This document shows, piece after piece, positions 1 to 10,948 of a stretch of DNA of 64,000 nucleotides (within the stretch, counting starts at the first letter, position 1; each line of letters opens with the position of its first letter). Below the pieces are notes generated by a model. That model did not search any database, was not told where the DNA came from, and was given only the letters and a program-made list of their open reading frames with translations. A program made the position numbers and the translations under genes. Origin of the DNA: Eutreptiella sp. 'Long Island Sound 2002'. Its lineage: Eukaryota; Protista; Euglenida. The stretch is from positions 30,132,001 to 30,196,000 of the forward strand of contig OZ038379.1 in assembly GCA_964036045.1 (NCBI GenBank). The letters run 5' to 3'.

Positions 1-1570
1 CTTCGAAGGCTGCCTGTGGTGCTGTTGCACTGTGCAAGAAGCAGTCTGACGTTCGGCTGCTGGTTGGTGCATGCAGAGTTGGTGAGTGTGCTATGATGGA
101 ATGACATGCGTGGGCCGTGCGCTGTGGTGTGCCGACAGCCAACAGCAGGGCTGTGGGCACATGGTTACCTTTGTGATTTGCACGACGATTAGATGGCTAT
201 TCAGGGGAGCCATTGCATTCGGGTGAAGTAAGAACCTGCCACTGGGCACAGCGAGGCCACGTGACGGGTCATAAATGCCAATAGAGTTGTGGATATTTGG
301 CACGATTTCGGGCTGGAAGAGAGATCGAGGGTCCGATGGAAGTGGGAATGAGGAGGCAGCGGTGTGCAACTCTCACTCTGTAAACTACTACTACCACCAC
401 TTGCTACCACTAGCTACTAGTACCACTGCCACCTGACAAAGGTATCAATCGTGGCTCATGAGGCTCCTTCCTTCCCTGCTTACCCCCCTGGTTGTCCCGG
501 TTCCTTGCCTAACAACCCAATTGTCCCCGGTACTAAATGAACAGTCAGTTTTTGCATTGGTCCGCTCTAACCTCAGCATGAGTTCATCCCAAACTGGTAC
601 ACAGGCATTCTGGCTAGCTAGTCCTGAAGGCCAACACAGCAGCAGCGGCAGTTGCAATGTGAGCAGCACAATAGTCCACAATGGGTTGTGTAGTATGATC
701 TTCTGGCATTCTTTGAGTGGGAGTTGCATTTGATCGGGTAGTTAGCTTTGGATACGTGGTTGGATACAGGGAGCCACGATGTGGACAACCCAAAGGATTG
801 TAGTACGCCGCACTAACAAACCCATCCTAGTGCAGGCAAGCATGTCATAATAACCAGCCACGCCACCTGTTATATGGCAAAGAAGCCGTTTTTTGCTTTT
901 TTTTCGCATCTTTGACCATTTTCCATTGTTTTTGGGCTTTTATGTGTTTTTTCTGTGTCTTTTGGTGTTTTTCACCACATAAACCCACATGTTTGGGCAC
1001 TCCAACTCAAGATTATACCACTTTTTGTGTTTTCTAAATTTGACCACTGCATGCGATTTGCGCAACGCACTCCAATTCTGACAAGTTTCTCAGGTACCCT
1101 CGTAGGTTCAGTTGCGGGTCACTCAATTGTTGCAAGTTCATCATGTACCATCATATGAGCAAGTGTATGAGACATGGGAATCGGAACATAATGAGCCACT
1201 GGGACATGGTTGGGGGCAATGACATGGACCGTGGTGGTTTGATGTGCTATGCAGGTTGCCCAACGGGATGGGGATGATATTATATAAGTAACATCGGCAT
1301 GGGGTTGAGTTGGGGACTCCAAGGGAAGGAAGGTGTAATGTGGGGCCAACATGATATGCTGGCGGCACAGGGGAATTTGGGGAAATTGCATAGGAATAGA
1401 GCCGTCACAACGGGAACACTCCGTTGGTTGGAGTAGGGCAGAGAGCGCATCACCAATGGGTTTTGGAAAACGGGGCGTAAAGGGAGTAGAGGTATTGGAA
1501 TAATTATAGAGGAATTGCTTCTCTTCTCTTTCTGTTCAAACACCATGTTGAACCCCCGCCGCACCCCCAT

Positions 1571-2772
1571 TTGGATGCGCCCCACCACCGGTGGCCTGTG
1601 GACCCAATTTACTCACGCTACAGAAGCTGCAAGGTGAACAATGAAAAGGGCATCACTATTTACCACACACAGGTGACATGTGCCGCTGAAAAGCAGAAGG
1701 TATGTGATGGGTGGGAATTTACGGACAAAGACCCGGAGGAGACACCACCACCCTCCCAGTCAGCACCACCTGGCTTGAAGGCCACAACACTAACATCCTT
1801 CTTCACCCCCGCCTCCGCATCCTGTGTTTGTTGCAATGAGAAATTACATGGCACAATTTTGTGGTGCTAGGTTTGTGGCCGCGACGTGCCTGAGATGTGT
1901 CTACAAAACGGGCAGTGCCTTAGTTGCATTTGCCGTGTTTGTGAGTCACCCACCACCTACAAGCATTATGCGCACTTGCAAGAAGTGCCACTGAGGGGTG
2001 TGCCATCGACGCGCTACTTCCGTGTTGTTGGAAGCAATGTGCCACATTTGCCTTGCAACAAAGCCTATGCCACCGCCTCCACGGCCTAAGGTTCGGCCGT
2101 TCAAAGAGAAATGGTGTTTGGGCGCGTCCATGGTTGTGCCCCGAGAATTGCCTAATGTCGTGTCTAGCTTGCCGCGGATACCCACAAGTGGGTGTGCGTT
2201 GATCATGGGTAGATGGAAACCCTCACCTACGGGTTTCCACCGTAAAGGACCACACAAAGTGTGGATTACATGCCAAGTCTTTGGCACTATGGACAAGTGG
2301 TGGTGCTTCATTGTCCGTCATTGGTGCCCTGCCAAGCGGGGTACAATCTGCCATACGGGGTCTATCCACCACAGTTTACCGCAGAGCGAAGCGCAATAGT
2401 AACTTCACGGGTGTTGCAGTGGATGCCGATGGTGCATCTGTCCGGTGGCTCTATTACTCCTTCGTACAATGGCGGGGTGTGTGTTGTTGCTGTCTTGCAT
2501 GACATTCCTGCCCATACCGCGTTGACAAGGGTGCAGCCATCCTTCAGAGCCAATTCTTGGGGTTGTCATCGGACTCTTGCACAGACAAAGGCGCTCGCAA
2601 GGAGGAGTTACTGTACACCCGCACCATCCACAATGGTACCGTAGAGACCAAATACTTGGCCTATGAGCGCCTAAAAACCGGTGATGTTGTTGCCATTGTG
2701 GCTACGTACAAGCGAGCGCTCCTCCGAGCGGGTGTTTTATTACAAGGCATGGCTTACTATCTTGCCTGCTGA
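1571..2772 (+). pseudogene. Decayed hAT-like (DUF4371-type) transposase with N-terminal PHD-like and TTF-type zinc fingers, copy 1
   Basis: Across frameshifts and stops: CVCCNEKLHGTILWC*VCGRDV..CLSCICRVCESP (Cys-rich, homologous to 19720-20139). Then RPFKEKWCLG/RPWLCPENCLMSCLACRGYP..SWVDGNPHLRVSTVKDHTKCGLH (TTF-type finger pattern). Then LSSDSCTDKGARKEELLYTRTIHNGTVETKYLAYERLKTGD (hAT first catalytic Asp region, S-x-D-x-x-T-D). Confidence 0.6.
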
Positions 2773-2808
2773 CGTTTTGAATTTTGCAATAGACTGTCCC
2801 ATTCAAAG

Positions 2809-4589
2809 CACGGGGGGGGGGGGGGCGACTCCGCGGGTCCTGGGACGCCAACTACCCCCCCCCCCCCCGCCCCTTTAGGGGCCTTCGGCCAAAAGTTAGT
2901 TGCCAAAGGTGTCGCCCTCAGGCTTCCATGGGCACCGAAGGCGCCCCATGCTACATGAACACCAAAGGTGCCCTAAGGAAAATTTTGTCCAATTTGCACC
3001 GCAACACTATCCTTGAACCCAACCTTGACTCCAACACCCACCCCCAACCCTCAGCCTACTCCTATCCCTACACCTAACCCAACCCTAATCAAGACTGAAT
3101 ATTCGGACCGAGCTGGTGGGGGAGGGAACATTAGATATGAATGGTGAGGGACACCAATGAGTCACACATTGAAGGCCGTTGACAGAGTGGAATCAGCTTG
3201 CAAGTGATCCCCTTCACTACAAGGCCCACTTTCAAGGCTTTTGTGGACTTGTGAGGGGCCAAAATGCCCCAAAATGGGCTCAAAATGGGCTCATTTCACC
3301 CGTTTGTGCACCCCAAATGGTCTAGGATGAGTTTTGGAAAAATGCGTTTTTGACCCATTTTTGACCCATTTTTGGTCCCAAAACAGCCCATTTTCAAGGC
3401 ATTTTGTGATTTTCGGAGGACCAAAATGGGCCACCACAAGCTCAAAGCAGTCCAAAAACACTTGTTTTAGCGTCGCACATGGTCTAGGATCATTTTTGGG
3501 AAAAGTCATTTTTCTGCCCCTATTGGACCCTATTGACCCATTTGGGCACCCACCTGTTTGGGCTTGAGCTTGCAGCTTGCCGCAACCTACTGGGCCTGGG
3601 TACGGGGGTCTAGGCGTCCATTTGGGCAACTCTGAGGGGTGGAAACCACAAAAAGTGGGGGGTTGCGGGTGGAGCAGGTGCCCTCGGAATCGCGTTTTGA
3701 GCCATGTAGCCAAAGATATGGCCTATTCTTGGTTTGTGGCTATGGCCAGCCAATCTGCACAAAATTTGGGGCTTCTGGGGGCCTTTTTGGGCCGTTTCCG
3801 GGACATATGGTGGAGTTAGAGGGCCACAAAGGGCTCGTTGACACAGGAAAGTTAAGCCGCACATGGAGTGTACCCACACTTTCCCTTTGTTTGGCTGTTT
3901 TGAATGGGTTCTAGGCCTGTTTTGGCCCAAAAATGGCTGTTTTTGGCCCTAAATTGCAGTTTTTGAAACTGAGGTCCGCCACTTGCGACACCCGTTCCTG
4001 CCCGCCACCGTTGAGTTTCTCGCTCAAACTTTGTTTGGTTGTCCCTCACACCCATAGGTATCATCCACCAAGATTTCAGCCGAATCTGAAGCACCACGAC
4101 GGAGTTCTGATTTTTTCCCAGGCTAGGGTCAGAGTGAGTGTTGGGGTCCAAAATGGAGAGCAATGATGTGGCAAAAGCAGCCATGAACGAAATTGGGGGG
4201 ATCTTGTTCAGCCCAATCATCATGGCTGGCATGGCCAAACCAACTGGCTGCAAAGGTTAGGGTTAGGTTTATGGTGATGTTATGGTTAGAGGGAGGGCAA
4301 GGGGAGGTAAGGGGAGCCTGTGCCCCCCCCCCCCCAACACCCCAAATCGCCCAACCTGGACCCCCCCCCCCCACCACCACCCCGAATTGCCCCACTTGGA
4401 CCCCCCCCCAAACCGACCCTCCCGGAGCCCCCCCCCCCAGCCCCTCCTTAACCCCCCATCCCATTCGCCCTCCCTGAACCCCCCCTCAGATGCCCCCCCC
4501 CCCCCCCCCCCCCCTCCAAGGGGCCTCCGGCCAACAGTTAGTTGGGGGGGGTAGTTGGTGTCCAGAACCGAGGGGTCACCCCCCCCGTG
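2809..4589. mobile_element. Non-autonomous hAT-like TIR element, 1781 bp, with 8-bp TSD
   Basis: Termini CACGGGG...CCCCGTG. Imperfect inverted repeat of about 45 bp (GGGGGGCGACTCCGCGGGTCCTGGGACGCCAACTACCCCCC vs the reverse complement at about 4545-4586). Exact TSD ATTCAAAG at 2801-2808 and 4590-4597. An 8-bp TSD with CA..TG ends is typical of hAT. Confidence 0.85.
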
Positions 4590-5344
4590 ATTCAAAGGTT
4601 TGGACTCAAAGGCCAGCTGGACGTACCATTTGTGGAGCTTCAGAAGGTGTGCTCTGCTATCCAACTGACCAGTACTAAATGTTGGTAGCAGCCTACGAGC
4701 TCATGATTGGAACAGTGCTAGAGCCGGAATCCTTGCAGTTTGTGCTAGGTAGATTAGCCGGAGCCGTGCCATGGTGGGTGGTAGCCAAGGCAGTGAAAGC
4801 CCGAGGAGAGTACAAGAAATATGTGGAGAAGCTGAGACCGAATTTGGGGGTGAGGCCAGAAAAGCTAGGGCCGTGTCACCATGGTTGCAATAGATGTGTC
4901 ATGTGTTGGGGCTTTGCGTGAATTTTTGTAAGCACAATTTCTATGCATTGCAGATGTTCCAAATCCGAAACGCCGCAAGAGCAATCACACCATCAACGAG
5001 GAGGGCAGCCCGCAATCTGACATCATTGGCGTCCACTGTGCGGGTGGGGGGGGTGGGGAGGAGGGGGAGCAAAAATTCTGCCTCGGACAACAGCATGACA
5101 ATGCTAAGGTGAGGGATAGGGAGGGGAGTGAGTGGCCACCGATTTCTAACCATTAATGAATGAATGAAAAAATAGATAAACAAATGAATGAATGAACCTG
5201 AAGCAATTGGGCAGTGCCCACGCACAATATTGACAATTGAGCGTTCCAATGCGCAGTCATCCCATTCGTGTGTTGGTGCCGTACTGTCAGGCTGCAGGGT
5301 TGCAGGGTTTGGGATCCGAAGCATGTCGACCACAACACCCCATT

Positions 5345-5897
5345 CACAGTGCACCAAGAAGTAACCGCAACCTTCCACAGTGCACCATGAAATTACAACA
5401 CCCATCCGGAGTGCACTAGGAAATAACGGCAACCATCCGCAGTGCACCAAGAAATAACACCAACCATCTAGTGCCCACCAGGAAATAACAACAACCAGCT
5501 AGAGTGCATCGGGAAATAACAACAACCATCCAGAGTGCACCAGCAAATAACAACAACCATCTAGAGTGCACCGGGAAATAGGAGCAACCATCTAGAGTAC
5601 ACGGGAAATAACAGCAACCATCCAGAGTGCACCAGGAAATAACAGCAACCATCTAGAGTGCACCGGGAAATAGGAGCAACCATTTAGAGTACACGGGAAA
5701 TACCAGCAACCATCCAGAGTGCACCGGGAAATAACAGCAACCATCTACAGTGCACCGGGAAATTACAACAACCTTCCAAAGTGCACCAAGCCAGAACAAT
5801 CTACTAGGAAATAACAACAACCATCTTGAGTGCACCGGGAAATAACAACAACCATCCAAAGTCCACGAAGAAATGCCGGCAACCATCTAGAGTCCCC
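5345..5897. repeat. 31-bp minisatellite, about 17 copies
   Basis: Unit GTGCACCGGGAAATAACAGCAACCATCTAGA. The variant pair (ATAGGAGC / GTACACGGG) recurs at about 5580 and 5670, giving a 92-bp higher-order period. Confidence 0.9.
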
Positions 5898-6699
5898 CAT
5901 GAAGTAATAGTCTACTCCCCCCACCCCCCCCACCCCCTGCGTCGGATGGGGTTGGACAGGGGGCCTCCACCACTGGGTTTTGCTTCAGCGGATACCCCTC
6001 CCGGCGAAGGTGCGATCCGGATGGGGCAACAGTACCACTACCATAACAAGTGCTACACACTTGGAGCTGCAGTGGGTGTGATGTTCTTTGGCAAACCTCA
6101 CCAGTCTCAAGACCTGCCGACCTGGTCCAGTGGTCTAGTGGCTCAGCCCTGACCTTGTGCATCATGTCTCGGGCTGTGCACCACTCTCCGTGTGCCTCTG
6201 ACGCCGTGGCACAGTGTGGGACTTGCAGTACTGCCACTGCTTGCGGGTGAGCACAGATACTCCACTGACTGCTAAGCGTAGGGCACACAGTGCCCCCGGT
6301 CAGTACCATGAAATACCATGGTGTGTGTGTGTGTGTGTAAATGTGTGTGAAGGGGCACGAGTGTAGTGTGTATTGGGCTTCACTGTGCTTGGGTCGCCCA
6401 GGGTCTGTGGTATCCTGTAGCCCCGAGTCCAACGCGGGGGAGCCTGAGACAGCATGACAGGTCAGCCCAAGGGTCCCTAGGGATCGGCACTTTAGGATCC
6501 GCCAATACTGGTGTTGGACACTATCCCATCCTATCCCATCCCCCCCCCCCCCCAACCCCCTCTGAAAACACTGCTACGTTGATGATTTACTCATTAGATT
6601 TTCTCTTCCACCGGCCGATGCTGCACGCATTGTGGAGCAGGTCATGGCCCAAGTGACCGTTTTTTTTTTGCACACTCACTCCTCCATGTCAAGTACAAA

Positions 6700-7056
6700 A
6701 AATGTGCTAAGCTGCTCAAGCGTGATTGGCCAACCCAGCACCTTGCCATACTCTCCAGGCTAGGTATCCATGTCCAAAAGTCCTACAAGTATCTTGGTAT
6801 TCTCCTTAGACATGTCACGCCGGAGCGGTCCTTTTCCATTGCACTCAACAAAGCACTATCTAGGGCCTATGCCATGCCATCTTGGGCCCTGTCTTTGCCT
6901 GAACGCATCAAACTCCTAAAGCTCTGGGTAATCCCACTTATGCACACTGCTAGAGCCGTGTATCCACATGAAAATGTATGTTCCACATTGCAGCTAATTT
7001 ACCGTGTAGCGCTCAAGATGGGCTCTTGGGCCGTAACCCAGCCTACACTCTGCTAG
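6700..7056 (+). pseudogene. Non-LTR retrotransposon RT C-terminal (domain 7/thumb) fragment
   Basis: SYKYLGILLRHVTPERSF..ALSRAYAMPSWALSLPERIKLLKLWVIP: YKYLG motif, homologous to the corresponding region at 15880-16100. Confidence 0.65.
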
Positions 7057-9018
7057 GGGAGGGACCTCGATCACCATGTGTCGGCCTGCAGTGAGGGTGC
7101 GAGGGCATGCTTGGGGGGGGGGGGGGTGCCGGGCCTGCTTTCGGTCCGGCTCCATTTCTGTTGGGGGGGCAAGGGGCAGCAAAGGTCTACTCACTTGTTT
7201 CCTGGTCCCCAAGGGGAACCAGCCCACGGCCTGCACCCTCGCTTTGTGGTGGCTTAACTTTGGGCCGACGGGGTCTGGGGGGGGGGGGGGGGGCTCAATA
7301 CTGAGGGAGGGGTGCGAGAGGACACCGTTCTCTCAGGATTCAACTGCAAAGATGAAAAGACGGACTTGGTCAGCCCACTGCTCCCGGTCTTGCATTCATC
7401 AGTCGAAACTCCCCACACTAATACCCCTTGCATTGCCCCCCGCCACCCCCCAAAGGCACGCCTATCAATGGATTTCTCTTCTTTTCCTTCACAAACTTTC
7501 GTTTCCTTCACAAACTACAGGCTAGCCCAACTTTTCCTCCCGGCCTTTGTCCGTTTTACATCTATCACGGCAAATGACATTTTGTAGTTCCTCAACTTTG
7601 CATCTCTTCCCAATAGTGATGAGTTTTCAAACGTGTCCACGTGCTCTGCAGGCGGGGCCACCACGCATGACAACAACAACGATGCTGTCAGCATCAACGG
7701 TGACAACGATGACCTTGACGACACATACAACACCAACATAAGTGAGACTGGACTGCGCCGTCGCGTGTCCCCCACCATCACCACCCGGAAACCAACTAAA
7801 TAGTGTCCCTAGGGTTCTACCCCGTACTTCCGCACACTGATTCCAATTTACAAAACGCCCGTTTGAAGTAAGAGACATGGCCACTCCAACATACAACACC
7901 ATAGAGTCGCATTGACACAACAGGGGTTTGAATCCTCCCCTCGTCGACACGGCCAAGGGCCTGTTGGCGGGGTCCCAACCACCGTAGGAGATGCACCTCC
8001 CCGCCGCCGACGCACACATGTGGCGGGGTGCACAGCTACAGGCGGCGGTTGGCTCAAGTTGCGCCATTTTTGTCACATATTTGTTGTGGTTGTGCAAGAC
8101 ATCACGTGCATATGAAGGAAAGGGGGAAAAACTTGTAGACACACCACCCCTCCCCCAACGGTGGAGGGGCGCACAGCTGAAGGGTACTCTTCTCCTGCCT
8201 GCCCGCAGGAGAGGAGTGCCGCAAGGGGGGCTCGAACCAGCGCTAGTTCCTTCTGGCGCCAGCCGCACAACCGCCGTGCTAGCCGCCACACAGGGACACA
8301 AAATGCAGTCGTGGTTTTTCAATGTTTCATGTCACGACTACACACTCTGTATCACCCACTGCACGCATTATTGTCTTGTTTTCTTCCCCACCACCGTGCG
8401 GGAGAAGTGGGCCACAACAGAGTTTGGCCGAAGGAGTGCGTCATGCGATGCTATACCACGCTTTCCCTCTCCCCTCATTGCTACCGGGAGATGGCTGCAT
8501 GGTTGTTTCATGCTTATCCTTCCCGCATCCGCAGTCAAGTATAAACTATGTTGGTCACAACAAGTCTCGATTTACGGATGGTTACATAACGCGCCTGGCA
8601 GTACCCACTGTGATCCCGCCCGGTTTACCATATACACCTATATGTGTGGTTGTACATTCGATAGTGGAGCACCCCAACCAAAAAGGGGACACATTTTACT
8701 GTGCAAGAACCACGGAACTAATGGCTCAAAGTGTCTATGGCGGGCACATTCAGTCGATCGTTACCGACCATTGACCCCCCTGTAGGAACACCAAAAATGG
8801 ATTTTTGGCAGCAGCTTGTGCCAAAAAACACCAAAAATCACCAAAAGCAGAGTGTTTTAATAAACCAATCCGCCACCCGCCGAAATGGGTTGCGGCGGGT
8901 GTTTTTGACATGCATGGGTGCAGGAGGCCCCTTTGTTTGTGGAGAAGGGTTACTGCCCGTGTTGTTGCGTGAGTTTCCAGTTGCATGATTGCACTTGGCT
9001 TCGCTTGAACTGCCGCCC

Positions 9019-10948
9019 CATGGGTGCGGGGGGGGCGACTCCACGGGTCCTAGGACACCAACTACCCCCCTCCCCTCCCCCCAAGGGGGCCTCCGGCCAA
9101 CAGTTAGTTGTCAAAGGTACCGGCCTCGGGAGTCCACGGGTGCGAAAGGCGCCCGAAGGAAATGTTTGTCCAGTTTGCACCCCAACAGTATCCTTAAACC
9201 CAACCTTGACCCTAATGCCCATCCCAGCCCTGGCTCAAAATACGATTCCGAGGGCACCTGCTCCACCCGCAACCCACCACTTTTTGTGGTTTCCACCACT
9301 CAGAATTGCCCAAACGGATGCCTAGACCCCCGTACCCAGGCCCAGTAGGTTGCGGCAAGCCGCAAGCTCAAGCCCAAATAGGTGGGTGCCCAAATGGGTC
9401 AACAGGGTCCAGTAGGGGCAAAAACATGACTTTTCTCAAAAATGATCCTAGACCATGTGCGACGCTAAAACAAGTGTTTTTGGACTGCTTTGAGCTTGTG
9501 GTGGCCCATTTTGGTCCTCCGAAAATCCCAAAATGCCTTGAAAATGGGCTGTTTTGGGACCAAAAATGGGTCAAAAATGGGTCAAAAACGCATTTTTCCA
9601 AAAATCATCCTAGATCATTTGGGGTGCACAAACGGGTGAAATGAGCCCATTTTGAGCCCATTTTGGGGCATTTTGGCCCCTCAAAAGTCCAAAAAGCCTT
9701 GAAAGTGGACCTCGTGGTGATGGGGTTCACTTGCAAGCTGATTTCACTTTGTCAAGAGCCATCAATGTGTGAATCATTCTTGATGTCCCTCACCAGTCAT
9801 AGCTGATGTTCCCTCCCCCACCAGCTCGGTTCCAAAGATATGGCCTATTCTTGGTTTGTGGCTGTCGGCATTTGGAGCTTCTGGGGGCCTTTTTGGGCCG
9901 TGTCCTGGATTTATCATGGAATTAGAGGGCCGCAAAGAGCTCGTTGACACGGGGAAGTCAAGCCGCACGTGGAGTGTACCCACCGTTTCATTTCGTTTGG
10001 GCGTTTCAAATGTGTTCCAAGGCTTTTTTGGCCCAAAAATGGCCGCTTTTGGCCCTAAACTACAGTTTTTGAAATTGAGGTCCGCCACTTGCGAATGCTG
10101 TTCCCGGCCGCCACCGTTGAGTTTCTCGCTCAAACTTTGTGTGATTGTACTTCACACCCATAGGTATCATCCACCAAAATTTCACCCGAATCTGAAGCAC
10201 CACGACGGAGTTCTGATTTTTCCCCATTTCGCGCGTGCTGCTTGCTTGCTTGCTTGCTGCTTGCTGCTGCTAAACCTGGTAGGTCCACCCTAGACACTAA
10301 AAAGGGTTATAAAACCAAGGCTGGTTCCACCAGCTCGGTGCCCCTAGCCCTAACCCTAACCCTCACCCTCGCTCTAACCCCGGGCTTGGGTTAGAGTCAG
10401 TGTTGGGTTCCAAAATGGAGAGCAATGATGTGGCTAAAAAGAGCCATGAACAAAATTTGGAAGATCTTGTTCAGCCCAACCAACATGGCTGGCATGGCTG
10501 AACCAGCTTGCCACGAAGGTTAGTGTTAGGTTTGGGGTGATGGTATGGTTGGAGGAAGGGCAAGGGGAGGTAAGGGGAGCCTGTAGTGAAGCAATGCTTG
10601 GCTTCGGGGGCATGTCCAGGCCCCCGCAGGCCCACCCCCCAGAATCGCCCCTCCTGGACCCAGCCACCCCAATGGCCCCTCCCAGCCCCCCCTCCCCCAT
10701 CCCCCCTCCCAGACCCCCCCCCCCGGCGACCTCAAGGATACATTTCGGCGCTGATCTGGTTTGCACTGCAGTGCAGCAGGGCAAAACAATGTACTGTGAG
10801 TTGTGGCTCTGACCATATGCCTGTGTCACGGGGGTATATGCGAGCTCAATATCCGCTGCTCACGGCCCCCCTCCAGAGGGCCTCCGGCCAACGGTTAGTG
10901 GGGGGCGGGGGGGGGGGGGGGGCTAAACCCGAGGAGTCATCCCCCGTG
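9019..10948. mobile_element. Second, diverged copy of the 2809-4589 non-autonomous TIR element
   Basis: Same left end (GGGGGGCGACTCCACGGGTCCTAGGACACCAACTACCCCCC) and colinear 9834-10580 vs 3712-4320. Right end GAGGAGTCATCCCCCGTG. It has an extra insert at about 10230-10385. No clean TSD is visible. Confidence 0.75.

Noticed and set aside
7500-8790. 231-264 aa ORFs
   Set aside because: No interpretable motif. Overlapping open frames on both strands suggest non-coding or decayed TE.
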